Made by a program: the position numbers and the translations under genes
Source: Octopus sinensis
Taxonomy: Eukaryota
Direction: 5' to 3'
Assembly (NCBI RefSeq): GCF_006345805.1
Contig: NC_042998.1
Coordinates: 136,028,001 to 136,092,000 of the forward strand
DNA: 64,000 nucleotides
Notes under the pieces: model-generated
The model's database searches: none
What the model was told of the DNA's origin: nothing
Seen by the model: the letters and a program-made list of their open reading frames with translations, nothing else
Part shown: one piece after another, positions 50,331-64,000 of the stretch
How the letters are laid out: each line of letters starts with the position of its first letter
How positions within the stretch are numbered: position 1 is the stretch's first letter

Positions 50331-52879
50331 AGTGCCTCTCATGTTTACAGAGAATCCAATGCTGTTTTCTTGATATGAATAGTGATTAAGTATTTTTTTT
50401 TTCCTATTTTTATGTTTTTAAAGTCAGCAGTGCAAGTCCTAATGATTTCACAAGAACATTTTTCTTTTCTCCTCCTCTCTCTACTCTTTTTATAATTTTT
50501 AGTTTGGTATCTAATCATACTGCCATAAATTTACATGATATGATGAGATAACAAATGTATGAATTAATTTTTTTTAATTACTCTATTTTAAGAAATTACT
50601 ACCCAAATAGTATGATGTAGCATGAGCAAGCACTCCAGAACACAAAAGCAAACCAAGTGTGACTGATTGCTTTCTTTTGTGCAATGAAATGGATCCTTAT
50701 AAGGAGATTCAAATTTTAGCAGGAAATTTAAGAGACAACCATGCAAGGTGAATTTTTTTTTGTTTAATTATTTTATTTTTGCCTGTTAAGTTGCTTCAAT
50801 AATAAGCTTCATTATAATGAATTTCTTCCACAGAGATAGGGTAAAATTAAGTATTGGTTTACATGTACTTCTGCATGCATGTATGTGTACAAATATATTT
50901 ATAGCAGAGAATCTTACACATGAATAAACCAGTACATATATGCATGCAAGCCTACTTACATGTGTGTGCATCAGTTACACCATTATAATACATGTACATT
51001 TATATATAGTAATAGTAAAATTATACATACATTAATTCAAGCATACATAATGTTTGTATCAAACACAGTTATCCCTTCTGCTTAAACTTACACTGACTCT
51101 TCATAAGTGATGTGTTATCAAAAAGAAAAAAAAAAAGAAAGAAAATAAAGTTGTTTTGCTTTTGCAAATGCTATTTACAATCACCATAAAAAAAAATAAG
51201 TATGAACTTCTGCCAAATTCTTTAGTTGGTTCCAACCTCTACTCTATAACAATATATGCCAGTTAGGTTGGTCTAAACAGGGAAAATCTCTATCAACAAT
51301 GCTGATAAGAAGAAATAGTGTTCTAGATGGTACACTTAAAATATTTCCTATTTCAACTGGTTCAAAAATAAATAATAAATAAAAAGGGAAAATAAAAATG
51401 AAACCATTTCATGTGTTTTTTTTTCTGAGGGGGTTGGGGTGAGGTGTTTGTTTCAAGTAAATAGCTAAGATCAGGTGATGTATATCTGATGGAATAATTT
51501 GCTTGAAATGATGCTTATCTTTGGCCTGAACCCAGCTAAATATTGGTTTATACCTCTATAGATCAACAGCAAAAGAATGTAATTGCACACCTCTTGCTTC
51601 TCTTACAGAAAACAACAAGTGTTGCTGTACTTAGAATACAACATATTTTAAAGAGGTGACTTACTACAAAGAAGGAAAACATTAAATTTTGTAGAATTGG
51701 CTTTCATAGATAAAATTAACCAGTGGTTTTGTAAGAGTGAATTATTGCTGTTTTTTGGCAGGGTGGGGGGATTTGCTATGGAATTATTTGTGCCTCTATA
51801 GGGAAATCTGTGTCACTATAGCAAAATTTAGGGCTCCAAATAATCATCATTTCTGTCACGAAAAGAAAATGCTTATCTTTATAAGTAAATCAGTCTCGAC
51901 TGGTAAATCTGTATTTTTATAGAGAAATCTGGCTCTTTACGATAATGTGTTTTAGTGGGTCTGTGTTATTGTCCCATTAAACAAACCTTTGTTATTCCAA
52001 CACTGACCATCATGTCCTTTGTTTTGTTTTGTTTTGTTCAGCTAGTGTTAACTATGATTATGCTGTTTAATATCTCTTATTAATAACCCATCTTAAGACA
52101 GTAGGATACAAAGCAAAGGAAATTTTAGGGACAGTAAGAACTTTTTAGTTACAATTAATACACACATGTAAAGACAGAGAAAATATGCATTCAGTTATAC
52201 ACACACATGTGCAAGTGCACATATACACACAAAAATACATATATTTATAGATGTACAATGGGCTTCTTCCAGTTTTCATCTACCAATATATGATATTGGT
52301 TGATGAATTTCACTAATAATGGCTATAATAAAGGGCACCAACCAACAGCATCCATACAATGGAACCAAACCTAAAACCATGTGGTTTCAAAGTGAGCTTC
52401 TTAACCGCATATCCATGTCTGTGCCAACAAAATCATCATCATCATCCAGTGTTATAAATCTGGGTTTTGTCCCCGTTAACGGGGGTGGCTGAATCTACCT
52501 CAATGCCATACCATCTGAGGCAGGCAGGTGCAACCTACTCCAACCTTTGGACTGGCTGGTGCCCATTCTCCTTGTTATCATGAGGCGTTTTGGGAGCTGG
52601 ATTTTCTATGGGGAGCATGCTCTTGCTTACTTCCAACCTTAGTTTCTAGACATGAGTGGTCCCAAAACCAAGGCCTCTACCACAATTTTTAAGAAATGTG
52701 ATGGAAAACTAGCTCAGAAAAGCAGGAACACAACTCCCTGAAACCCCTTTTGGAACCCCCAACCTAAAAAAAGAAAAAAAAAAACAAGCTATACTCTATA
52801 GATCTTCCCTGTGATCTGACCTGGACACAGCACAACAATGGATATGTGACTGACAATTCAAGCTGATTAAATGCATCAC

Positions 52880-53520
52880 TACACACTTTTGGTGGAAAAA
52901 TCTGGAATTTATCCACTCCCTTCACAATACCAATCTTTAGAAGTCTGCTAGGTATTATATGTCAACAATGATCTGCATTGGACTAAATACATTTCTAAAA
53001 TTCTAAAATTGTCAAAATGGTTGTCTTCACATAACTCAGCCATTCACTGGCTATCTATTTAAAATTCTTTATGGTTAAACTTACAATTACACCACCAAAC
53101 TTACAGTTTAAATCTCTAGTCTGGAACCCCATTTTGTCTAGAATATCACTGTACTGGAAACTGTCCAGATACGTAGAACGAGGCAGATACCCTCCTCTGT
53201 CAGTCACTTACCATACCTTGAATGTGTTGCTTCTTTGGACATCAACACCTTGAAGTTTCAACATCTAGCAACAGACTTGGTAGAAGCCTTCAAGATTATC
53301 CACCATCTTTCCAACAACTTTGACTACATTTTGGATTTAATATCTCTACCACCTGAGGACTTGCTTATAAAACCAAAACACAGTACAGCATCCATAATTT
53401 TTGGAAATATTTTATTACACTTGGAATAGTCAAAGCACTTGTTACCTGTCAGAACTCTGCATTCTTCCATGCTTCCAGCACTACACTGATGTACCTTTGT
53501 CCTATTTCCTCTTTGTGACT
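52880..53520 (+). mobile_element. CR1-clade LINE RT C-terminal remnant
   Basis: LGI.VNNDLHWTK.IS, VWNP, VLETVQ.R.TR.IP, LPYLE..ASLDINTLKFQHLATDLVEAFKIIHH. Confidence 0.8.
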
Positions 53521-53689
53521 CTAATGTTCACTTTTGCATGTTTTTGCATTTTATTCTGTTTATTACACATGTTATTTTAGCTTTCATTATGGTCATTCTT
53601 TACTTGGATTATTGCTGCTTTTTCTCTCCTCCTTTACCTTTTTTATGACAATTTATAATACACTGAGCACTGTATTCAATAAGCTTGTT

Positions 53690-53690
53690 G

Positions 53691-53755
<65 letters not shown>

Positions 53756-53874
53756 GGGTGGCAAGCTGGCAGAATCATTAGCATGCCAGGTGAAATGCTT
53801 AGTGGTATTTTGTCTGCTGCTATGTTCTGAGTTCAGTTTCCACCAAGGTCAATTTTGCCTTTCAGCAGCAGTAA

Positions 53875-53907
<33 letters not shown>

Positions 53908-54135
53908 CAGCAGCAGTAGCAGTAGTAGCAGCAGCAGCAGCAGGCGGTGAGTTGGCAGAGTTGTTTGCACACTGGACGAAATGCTTAGCAGTATTTCACC
54001 TGTTGCTATGTTCTGAGTTCAAATTCTGCCAAGGTCAACTTTGCCTTTCTTTCTTTCAAAGTCGATAAGTACCAGTTGAACATTGGGGTCTGATGTAACT
54101 TATCCCCTTCCCTGAACTTGCTCACCTTGTACCAA
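53690..54135 (+). mobile_element. Two tandem tRNA-derived SINE copies separated by (GTA)n(GCA)n and preceded by (TTA)n
   Basis: Repeated 'gaaatgcttag..gtattt..tgctatgttctgagttca..ccaaggtcaa.tttgcctttc' at ~53760 and ~53945. Confidence 0.8.
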
Positions 54136-57100
54136 AATTTGAAACCGTTGTTGTTGTTGTTGTTGCTGTCATTGTTGTTATTGAAATTATTTCATCAGCC
54201 TTAGTAATGACCTAAATAACTTAAGAAATACAGGACCAACCCAAATTTTCTTTGTCTAGATGTTTCTCAGTAATCGATTAGATTTTTTTTCTTTCATTTT
54301 CTCTTTTAATAAATATTTGAAACTTGGTATGTTTGAGTTTTATTTGAATTCCATCTAAATATTTAGAAATAATGGATTAAATATTTTCCAATCAATAAAG
54401 AATGTAGCAGAAACTAGCTGAAATCTGATATCTAGAAAATAAATATTTTGCAAATTTATTGAAAATATGTTTTTCTTGTGTGATGTCTTAATAGTTTTCA
54501 TTAATATTTGATTAATTCAGAACCTGAGAATATTTCACTGTTTCAGTAGTGCGGCTTAAAAGTTGAATAAGGTCATAAAAATCTTTAATGATTTAAGTGC
54601 AAGAAAAATAATGTATGTATGGTAGGATCTAAAGAGTCTCATCACAAGTGTATTTTATTTTTTAATTCTTCTGTGAGAAAAGAAATCCTCATTGCCACCA
54701 CCACCACCACAACCACCATCATCATCGTTACCATTATCATCATTGCCATTGATCCCTCCACCATTACTTCCACAATCATGATGTTTGGTTTCTTCCATGC
54801 TTACATAGCTTTGATGAGTCTTCTTCAGCACAGTTTTTTGCCACTTTTACGGTCTTTTGTCATCCGTATGAGGTTCAACTACTTGAAATCAATCTTCATC
54901 ACTTTTTTCCAAAACTTCCTGGGGTTTCCCTCTTCTGTAGATTTCTCCTATTTGAATTCCTGGTACTTCTATACCCAGGTATTATCTCCCATACACATCA
55001 AGTATTCATTTTGTTTTTGGTGGAGGTAGGAGAATGGGCAGTGCCCATGGCCTTCATGGGCAACTTCATAGATTTGTGAAATTAATACTGTTAATATTCC
55101 TCTTGAACCTTTGCAAGTCAATGCCTGTGGAAAAGATATGGACAGGGATGAAATTCTAGATGGCTGCATTCTGGAAAGGCCTGAGGGCCTCATTAGTCTT
55201 GAGACCCAATGTGGATGCTATCTATAAAAAATACTATAGGGCCCAGTGCATTGATTTGCCAGGGGGCAGTGCTATAATGCTGCTGAGAAGGCTCTAGTCA
55301 TGAACTCAGCCAGCTCTAAAGAGCAGAGGCTGTAATGTTTGTAGTAGAAAAGTCAGAGAGAAGATGCTGTGCAAACTTGTGGGACAGAAAATGGATTTTG
55401 TCCTTCAGCCATCTCCCTTGTACTAACCACATCTAATTCCTCTTGCATCCACTTTTTCTCTTTAGTGGCAGCATGTGGCTTAGTGGTTAGGGTGTTGGAC
55501 TCATGATCGTAAGATTGTGGTTTCACTTCCTGGACTGGGTGATGTGTTGTGTTCTTGTGCAAAACATTTCATTTCACATTGCTCCAGTCCACTCAGCTGG
55601 CAAAAGTGAATAATCCTAAGATAGACTGGCATCCCATCCAGATGTGGAATATATACACCATGAAACCAGGAAACCAGCCCTTATGAGTCTGTATGACTCA
55701 AGAAGGTGACTTTACCTTTTTTTACCACTTTTTCTATCAGGTCATTTGTTCTCTCATTGATGCACATTAACATTACATATTTCATGGAGTATGCTCACCC
55801 CATTTCTTTTCAATCTTCTTATATTCTCCAAGATTAACATCTACATTTTTCTCCAATGCAATATTGCACTTTGTAACAAATATCATATGATCTACTTTCT
55901 ACTGAGAGATAGAATCCCGTTGTTACCATCAGAGAAAAAAAAGCTCCCTGACCTTTTTGACCTTTTTACACATATTTCTTACTCAGGTTAATATGTTTTG
56001 GGAAATCACCCAACTTCACTGTTGGTGATGTCATCATGCGACTCTGCAACAACATGAAACCTGGTCTGTTCTGGTCTTATTCTCACACTTTGACCTCTCC
56101 TATTCTAACACAAAGTAGCCTTCTCCCCTCTGCTGTAGTCCTACTCAGTCATAAGAGATCTTAGTCTTGCAGGCTGTATAGCAACCTTATAAATGCAGGT
56201 GTAATGGAAAAAATGCACTGAGTGCATGCTGTAATGTGGTTGGTGTCAGGAAGGACATCTAGCCACAGAAGCTTACCAAAGCAAACATTTGAGTACAATG
56301 CAGTTTTTGGATCCACAGGATTTTGTCAAAATGTCCAACTCATACCAGTATGAAACATGGACATTAAATAACAATGATGATGTGGTGGTGGGGGTGATGG
56401 TGCTGCTGCTGGGGATGGGGATGGTGGTGATGACAGTGATGTGATGGTGATGGTGACAGCAGCAATGACAATGACAACAATGGCAATGACGATGATGGTG
56501 GGTTTCATTCAGTTTTTGCCTACCAAATCCACTCACAAGAGTTTGAGTGAAGGTGCCAGAGGTAGCAAAGGCATCTTCTCTCTGAGTGGAAAGTAGATTG
56601 TATGATGCTTGTGTACAAAATGCATGGTAGCAAAACATAGGACTGAACCTAAAACCATATGGTTACAAAGCAAACTTCTTAATCATAAGCCATGCTTACA
56701 CTTAGGTACTAAAGAGAATTTGTCAGAAAGTAATGAATGCATAGAGAGAAGGTGTAGTTGATTTCACTGTTAATGAGGTCAACTAAGTAATCAGTAAATT
56801 ATTGTAATGCATTTAACAAAAAGGTTTTCTTTCAACTCAAATATAAAACCATTGAAAACTCACAAATTCTCACACATGCCATCTTGAAGTAAATATGAAT
56901 GTATATAGGCTTTTGTTGTGTTAGTAAGGAAAATATGTGACTGTATTCATTTTATATATGTGTGTGTGATACTTTTGGGTGAAAATATTTATTTAGGAAG
57001 TGGAAATTTGTTTTATGGACTTTCACTTCTCTATTGCAAGTTGAGAAATGACAAAAATGCAAAAAAAAAACTTACTCTTCTCAATTCATCATCATCATCA

Positions 57101-57344
57101 TTGTCGTTGTCATTGTCATCATCATCATTATCACTGACATTGATTAGAAGGACATCATAACACCAATGTCTTTTCTGCCTCTTCCTCAACAATCATTATC
57201 ATCATCATCATCAATATCCCTACCATCATTGTCATCACCAATGTCAGCTCCACCATTTTGAACGTTATCATCATCAGCACCATCATCACCACGACTTCTC
57301 CCATTGCTTTGATCCCCACCACCATCATCATCATCAGCACCACA

Positions 57345-58130
57345 AGACCTGAGTTTGCACTACCTCCAACAATTTCTGGATGGTGAGTGTGTGTGAGTTC
57401 TAGAGTGGCAGTCCTGGGTGAAGGAAAGACTGAGATTGGATATCTGGTGCTTAGAGTGCCATTAAGTGCTCACAGTTCTCTACAAGTCAGGCAATGGGAT
57501 CAGTAGATGTTCCACTTGAGCAATATACAGGGGATTAGTGGTGAGGAAGTGTCACAACATTCTCAGAAAGACTCTAAACATTAACAAAAACAAACTGGCT
57601 AGTCTGTTCCTGAGGACTTTCCGGTTGGGTACTGCTATGAATAATTTCCAGATGTCCTTGGCATGGCAGCACTACAGAGGGGTGCTGCCAGTTCAGGATA
57701 CACTCTAGAAGCATGAATGTGCTGCCAGATTACTTGTCAGAGGTTTGCACAGAGCATTGAAACTGTTCTACATACACTCATTCATTGCTGGCTTGTGGAG
57801 TTACATTGAACAGCTTATTGTCACATGTGGGGCAGATTCATCAATCAGCTGAGCCCATAGTGATGATTGCTCAGTTACCCTCCTTTAATCTGGCAGGTAA
57901 AGCAGTTTTCTTTTACCTGGTGGATGTGGTGAAAGAGGTTGTCTGGTGAATGAGATAGAAAGGCATGAGGACAGAGACATTCCTCTTTCGTAGAGCTCTC
58001 TTTGACCTTTTCAAGTTTCACTTGAAAAGGAAAGTGAGCTTGATGATGGAAGTACTGTCCTCGAGTGAATTTATTGAAAGGTGGGTGAAAGTTGCAAATA
58101 TGGTAAGAGTGTATGGTATCACTCTAAGTA
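57345..58130 (+). mobile_element. Tx1/L1-clade LINE 3' fragment (zinc-knuckle region)
   Basis: MNNFQMSLAWQHYRGVLPVQDTL..CQRFAQSIETVLHTLIHC (degenerate CX2C..H..C) plus ORF 57965..58198. Confidence 0.75.
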
Positions 58131-58599
58131 TAGACCTGGGTCCTTGTCCTTGGTGTTCAGGAAAGTCTTTCATGGTGGGGTTCCATGGTTGCTGTTAGGA
58201 AGGGCATCTAGCTGTAGAAGCCATGACTAAACAAATAGGGAGTGCTACGTCCTTTGGCTGATCAGATTCCATCAAATTGACTGACTGAGGTTAGCATGGA
58301 AGATGGAAGTTAACTCATGATGATGATGGTGGTGTGGAGTATTTATGATGATGGAGGTGATGACAGTGATGATGATGATGACAAAGAAGAGGAAGAGAAC
58401 AAAAGTGAACACAAAAGCAAGACATTAAAATCAGTACAAAATCTAAACCAATTGAGAAGCATATTGTTAATATATTCATCAAGTTAATGATAATGAAAAC
58501 TGTAGATGTAACAAAGCTTCTCCAAAAATATTAAACGATATGAGCAATGGAACTAACGTTGAAAAAAATATTAACTAAGACCATTTTTTTTATTTACTT

Positions 58600-61500
58600 T
58601 GAATTTGTAAATGCTTTTATGGTACTTTTGAGATGTATCTTCTTTTCCAATTTCATTTGAGAAAATTACTGAAGAATTTAATGTCTTATGTAATGGATGA
58701 CTGGAAATATGTCATTATAAGCTTTAGTTTACTAAAGCTTTTCTATTCCATGGATCCAGTTATAAGTATTGTAAGAATTAATTGTTAATACAACCCACAG
58801 ATTTATCATGGTATCCTGAAACTCAGTACCATAAATGAATCTAACAGATTCTATTAGACATTTTACATCTCCAGGAAATAAATATTTTACAAGATCTAGT
58901 TCAGTCAAAAGAACTCATCTATTAACATTACTATTTTCTGAATATTTCCTAGGTATCTTAACTTATCCTCCGTTAACATACTAATTGCTTTTTATCTAGC
59001 AAATATTTGATATCTTAACAATTACAACATGGAAGATACATACTAGCTGTTCAAAACACACAAAAACTGGCCTTTGATACAGTTCCACTGCAGTGGAATC
59101 ATATCAATGACCAAGTTACAATTGGTGCAACACAGATTTTACTGCAAATAATAAATGCTCTTGTGAAGTTAACAGTCTTTGTGTGGTTTTGAATCATTAA
59201 TAGGTTTCTTCCATGCTGTAATTGTTTTAGTTTCAATACATGACAAGTATACCTCTGAAATTTTATATTTAAAATTGTGTTAATGAATCTTTGTAACTGT
59301 TCAAATCTGTCTAATAAAGAATTAATAGTTGTGTTGAGCTATTACATTGAACAAATGATCTTTTAATCTTATTTCTAGATCATCTTTGTTTGTGGCCTCA
59401 TCAATGCAGTCACATTCAAACTGTCTGTCTTCTTTTTTTATATTTATTCTTTTACTTTTAAGAATGGTCTCCACATTTAATTCTGTAGTTAAGTCTTTTG
59501 TTGATACTAGGGTATTCTCATATCCATTTGCATGATACTGTATTTAATGGCATAAAAACCACACAGACATTTTAGATGCAAATAAATTTCAGAAGTGCAT
59601 ATTCAGGAAAAAGAAAAACATTTTAATGTATCAAAACATATAATACTTAAAAAGGTTTTGCAGTACATTGCAAAACATTAGAAAAGCACCTTAGCTGTAG
59701 TAGAAAACATTACTCTATATAAAACGTAATTTAGCAACACAGGGGAACATAAAGCAAGAAATCATGGGAATGAAAATATCCCATATAAAAAGAGTAAAGA
59801 CCCTTCGGTCATAAATAACCATGGGATTGCACCTAGAAAGATACCCTCCAAAACACATGTTCAAGCAAAGTTGTTTATAGAAGACCAGCAGTCGCCCATG
59901 CATACCAGCCTCCTCTCTCCAGTCCACTGATGTTATCCAAGGTAAAGGCAAAGGCCGATACAGCTTGGCACCAGTAACATCGCAACTCATTTCTACAGCT
60001 GAGTGAACTAGAGCAACGTGATATATAATGTCTTGCTCAAGAACTCAACACACAGCTCGATCCAGGAATTGAACTCATAACTGCATGATTGCGAGTCCAA
60101 AACTCTAACAACTGAGCCAAGCACCTTCACATATCCTACATAATTACAGTAATAAACATGCAAGAAAAAACAAGCTTATGGGAGGACCAACTTTCCATAT
60201 AGGGCCCAGGATGATTTTTTTTGAGACATTTTTTTAGAAAAAAGTGTTATATACCATCAGACACAATAATCAATTAATTAATTAGAGTGCTAATTTTCAT
60301 TATAGCAGACAGTTCCATTTACTTTGTCTAAGGCATCATACCAAACATTCATTATTACTAGAAAACTAATCTTTTATTTGAGATACAAGAGTCTCTGATT
60401 AATGTCACTTTGTGGTACCAGAAGCAAGAATTCCTGAAAGTTTATAAAGAGCTTCTAATATTCCTATAATTTCATTGATTTCTGATATTTGCTTAGTGTT
60501 ATTATAATTTCAATTAATCTGTAATTTATTATATGCACTTGAAGTACATCTGGTGTTGGTGTCACATAAAAAGCTCCCAGTACACTCTGTAAAGTGAGAG
60601 GGCATCCAGCTGTAGAAACCATACCAAAAAGTGACAGCGGAACCTGGTGTGGTTCCCAGCTTTACCAGCTCCTGTCAAACTGTCCAGTCCATGCCAGCAT
60701 GGAAAATGGGTGGTAAATGATGATGATGGCGGTGGTGGTTGTGGTAGTGGTGGCATAAACGATGCACTTTTCTTTCTCAAACATATCTCAAAAAATCGGC
60801 CTGGGTCCTATATATGAAGTAGGGCCTGTATTACATGCTTTAGTGCACTAAAAACCTTTTTCCTGAATATGTGCCAATGAAATTTGGGTGTGTCTAATAT
60901 ACCTGTGAAAATCTTTTATGCCATCAAGTGCAGTAAATGACCTTGACCCTTTCTAATTTGCTCTCCCATCATGTAGTCTCACAAACATTTTGAAATGAGT
61001 AATTTAACATGTTTTATTAAGTACATGCCACAGCCTAGGAGAAGCAAGACGTGAATCCTAAGTGTAGGACAGTACCAAAAAGACGAAGTAAATTTTTAGT
61101 AACTTACTGCACTAACCATTAAAGTTCATTAAAGTATCACACTCACATCGCTGCTTGTAAAACACCTGTGGATTTTCTTTCATGAATTACACCGTAATTC
61201 CTTTATTCTTTCTTTTCATATCTAAATCATTATCATATTCTTGACCTCTGCAGTTATGTAAGTCAAACCTACCCTCCATCTCTCTGCCTGTCTGTCTCTT
61301 TTTCTCTTTCTCTCCCTCTTTCTCTTTCACACACACAGAAAATCAAGTATACTTTTACATAATCCTTTGCCTGTAGTATCTATAATTGGTTTACAGCCAA
61401 TAAAATGTCCCTTTATTGAAATGGCTTCTACATCTAAAATTATATTGTTAGTGAAAGCTTCTCTACATGAGTTATATCTGGTGTACTATCTAAAGATAAG

Positions 61501-62250
61501 GCTGAAGTATTCGGCTTCTTTAGATCAGTTCAATATATTTTCCTGAACAGTATTTTCAAACAAATTGATTATTTCATTCTCAATGATTTTTTTTTTGTTT
61601 TTTTTTTTCTACAATAGTGAGAGTGAATTTCTTTAGACATAACCCAAAGTAAATATTTGTCCATTGTCAGATTATATTTTCCATGTAACTCAACAAGACC
61701 TAAAATATTTCCATTGTTTGGTATAAATAATGTGTCTGAAATTCCTCTGAAAAACCAAACTATTTTTCACCTAAATATAGAGCGATGCTTATTAAATGTT
61801 CATAAACTCTATACCAATGCTCTCATTCTTTTTCCACACATGACTGCATCTTGTTATCAATAATTTCATTAGTCTGTAATGGATGAGATGTCTCAAACTA
61901 CTTCTTAAGACATCTCAGATTATGTACTCATTTCCATATGATGGAAAATATTCACAAGCATGCTTCAAGTTATTAATTCCAGATTTTACTAAAAATGAAT
62001 TATTTCAGGAGCAAAAAAATTTGCAATAAAAGCAATAAATTTTACTGGAACTTTCTGAATAAATAAGCCACTTTTTCACAAAATTTTCACCAATTTTGTT
62101 AATTTCCTTATTCATCATAGTCATGGAACAACTATATTTATTTGTTTCTTTAGGAAAGCTGCACATTTCATTAATGGCGTGTGGCCTTCTCTTTATGATT
62201 TGGTCAATTTCTGTCACTGATAATTCATCTGGCCAGTAATTGACATATTT
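58600..62250 (-). mobile_element. Fragmented hAT (ZMYM1/DUF4371-type) transposase pseudogene with nested insertions
   Basis: N-terminal KWLIYSESSSKIYCFYCKFF (TTF zinc finger, ORF 62005..62217); PNNGNILGLVELHGKYN at ~61680; KKRRQFECDCIDE at ~59420; hATC motif KSFSKLKLIMTYFQSSIT at ~58720. Confidence 0.85.
60190..60830. mobile_element. MITE with ~35-bp imperfect TIRs, interrupted by an RTE-tail repeat
   Basis: catatagggcccaggatgattttttttgagacat vs atatctcaaaaaatcggcctgggtcctatatatg. Confidence 0.55.
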
Positions 62251-63021
62251 TAAAAAATATTTTATCTTTTATGTGTCTCAGTCATAGAATTGTAGCCATA
62301 CTGGAGCACCATCTCATAGGGCCTAATCTAACAAATTGACCCCAGTATTTATTTTTAAGCTGGTAGATATTCTATCGTTCTTCTCTGCCAAACTGCTCAG
62401 CAAATAAACCAACAATGGTTGTCAAGTGGTGGTGACGATGGTGGCAGTAGTGGTGGCAGTGCCTGGTGTGCTAATGATTCTGCCAACTTGCTACTTTAAT
62501 TTACACCTGAAATATTGAACTATAAACTGTTAAAATAACTTTTAAAATAAAAGCTTAATATTGTTATATTTCAGGATGGTCAATTTTTTGCTTGCCAAAT
62601 AAACACATGCTCTATATATTTGTTCTTCACTTGTTTATTGGTGTTCTTATTTTATGTCTATTGTCTGGAAATCTTTTGTCACACACCTGTGACCTCTTCA
62701 GCAACTCTCCATCCCACATGTTTCCTCCTGTTCCGTTTCGTCAACTCTGTTTTCCTATTGAAAGCTTTCCAGACAATAGACATAAATTAAGAACAATAAT
62801 AAATCTGCAGTGAAGATCAAATATATAATGCGTATGCTTACTTGGCAATCGAAAAAAAAAAAAAAGACTATCCTCATATATAACAATATATGTTTCAACA
62901 CACGACTTCACATCAGGAATCTTGCAAAACAAATACATAAACATTAAAGTTTAATCTTTGCTCTCAGTTGTTTTTAAACATTCTGCAATTGGATTACTAT
63001 GATTTTATGAATCATTGGTTA

Positions 63022-63300
63022 TACATACAAAACTACATACATACATACACACACACACACATACATACATACATACATACATACATACATACATACATAC
63101 ATACATACATACATACATACATACATACATCATACATACATACATACACACATACATACATACATACATACATACATACATGCATACATACATACATACA
63201 TACATACATACATACATACATACATACATACATACATACACACATACACACATACACACATATACATACATGTATGCATACAGATGTACATACATACATG
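63022..63300. repeat. (CATA)n tetranucleotide microsatellite
   Basis: Direct reading; source of the HTYI/YVCM ORFs. Confidence 0.98.
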
Positions 63301-63329
63301 TCATCATGGTATCATCCACTAATGTGACA

Positions 63330-63650
63330 TGATGTCATAGCTAGAACACTGTAAGAAGAGAAACTGTACAGCTGCCTAGTGGATGTCAACATGAAGTTGA
63401 AGATCAGTGGGAAAGAGAATACCTACACTGAACTATTAAGAAATCTGCAGTTACTCTATGTAGATTACAAGTTCAGGTTTATACCTGTAATTATTGGGGC
63501 ACTGGGATATGTAACACTGCCTAAATACCAATCTTGAGAAACTAGGCTTCTCAAAACCAAAAAGGAGAAAGCTGATTTGAAGACTATAGATTCAATCCAA
63601 CACTCGAATTGTAAAAATCTGTAAAACTTTCCAGAAGTTTATCATTTAAG
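63330..63650 (+). mobile_element. R4/Dong-like non-LTR retrotransposon, restriction-like endonuclease 3' remnant
   Basis: VDVNMKLKISGKENTYTELLRNLQLLYVDYKFRFIPVIIGALGYV shows the K..KY..L and P.IIGALG pattern of RLE domains. Confidence 0.8.
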
Positions 63651-63725
63651 TATATATGAGTATGTCTAGATATGCAAGTATATGCATGAGAAGACATACA
63701 TAAAACAAAATATACAAATCTACGC

Positions 63726-63760
<35 letters not shown>

Positions 63761-64000
63761 TATGTACATACATACAAAAATACCCTATGGTTGATGTTGA
63801 AATTTCAATGAAGGAGCCTTGGATCTAGGTTAGAAACCAGTTCTTTCTCTATTGGGAAGAAATATTGCGATAAAACTAAATAATGAGGCCGTCCACTCGT
63901 GACCGAGGAAGACCATTGCCGACCTTCAGGAACATTGTGTGCTCTAGGACTAACTTATATTTTGCATTTGCGGCTCCGTTGGTGGCTAATGAGCCCTGCT

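Noticed and set aside
46075-51660. Scattered plus-strand exon-like pieces (EIGFGREKGVNPDKL.. ~46076; MDPYKEIQILAGNLRDNHA ~50688; KTTSVAVLRIQHIL ~51610)
   Set aside because: Weak or unpaired splice signals, incompatible phases and no recognisable domain; expected by chance in AT-rich DNA.
57068-57345. Asp-rich minus-strand frame ending at AGA|gtaagt
   Set aside because: Derived from an (ATC)n low-complexity tract, with no credible acceptor.

Overview
Eukaryotic, very AT-rich, repeat-dense genomic DNA. The SINE/LINE families and (TA)n/(CA)n/(CATA)n microsatellites match what I recall of coleoid cephalopod (Octopus-like) genomes; this is an inference, not a database result. No intact long protein-coding gene, rRNA, true tRNA or CRISPR array is visible. 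Most ORF-track entries are microsatellite or transposon artefacts. The window holds decayed elements from many superfamilies: RTE and BovB-like, CR1, Tx1/L1, R4/Dong-like and Penelope-like retroelements; mariner DD34D, maT DD37D, Tc1, Tigger/pogo and hAT DNA transposons; MITEs, a Helitron-like element and many tRNA-derived SINEs. Two non-TE signals stand out. First, a sharply bounded CpG-retaining domain of about 17 kb (~23.3-40.7 kb) lies between CpG-eroded flanks. Second, a chain of canonical minus-strand exons starts inside that domain (36.6k, 32.0k, 30.8k, 28.1k, 24.2k) and includes a 14-nt microexon at 11.8k. These probably form the 5' end of an alternatively spliced gene or lncRNA that I cannot name. 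An inverted SINE pair and a MITE carrying telomere-like repeats flank the best coding exon.
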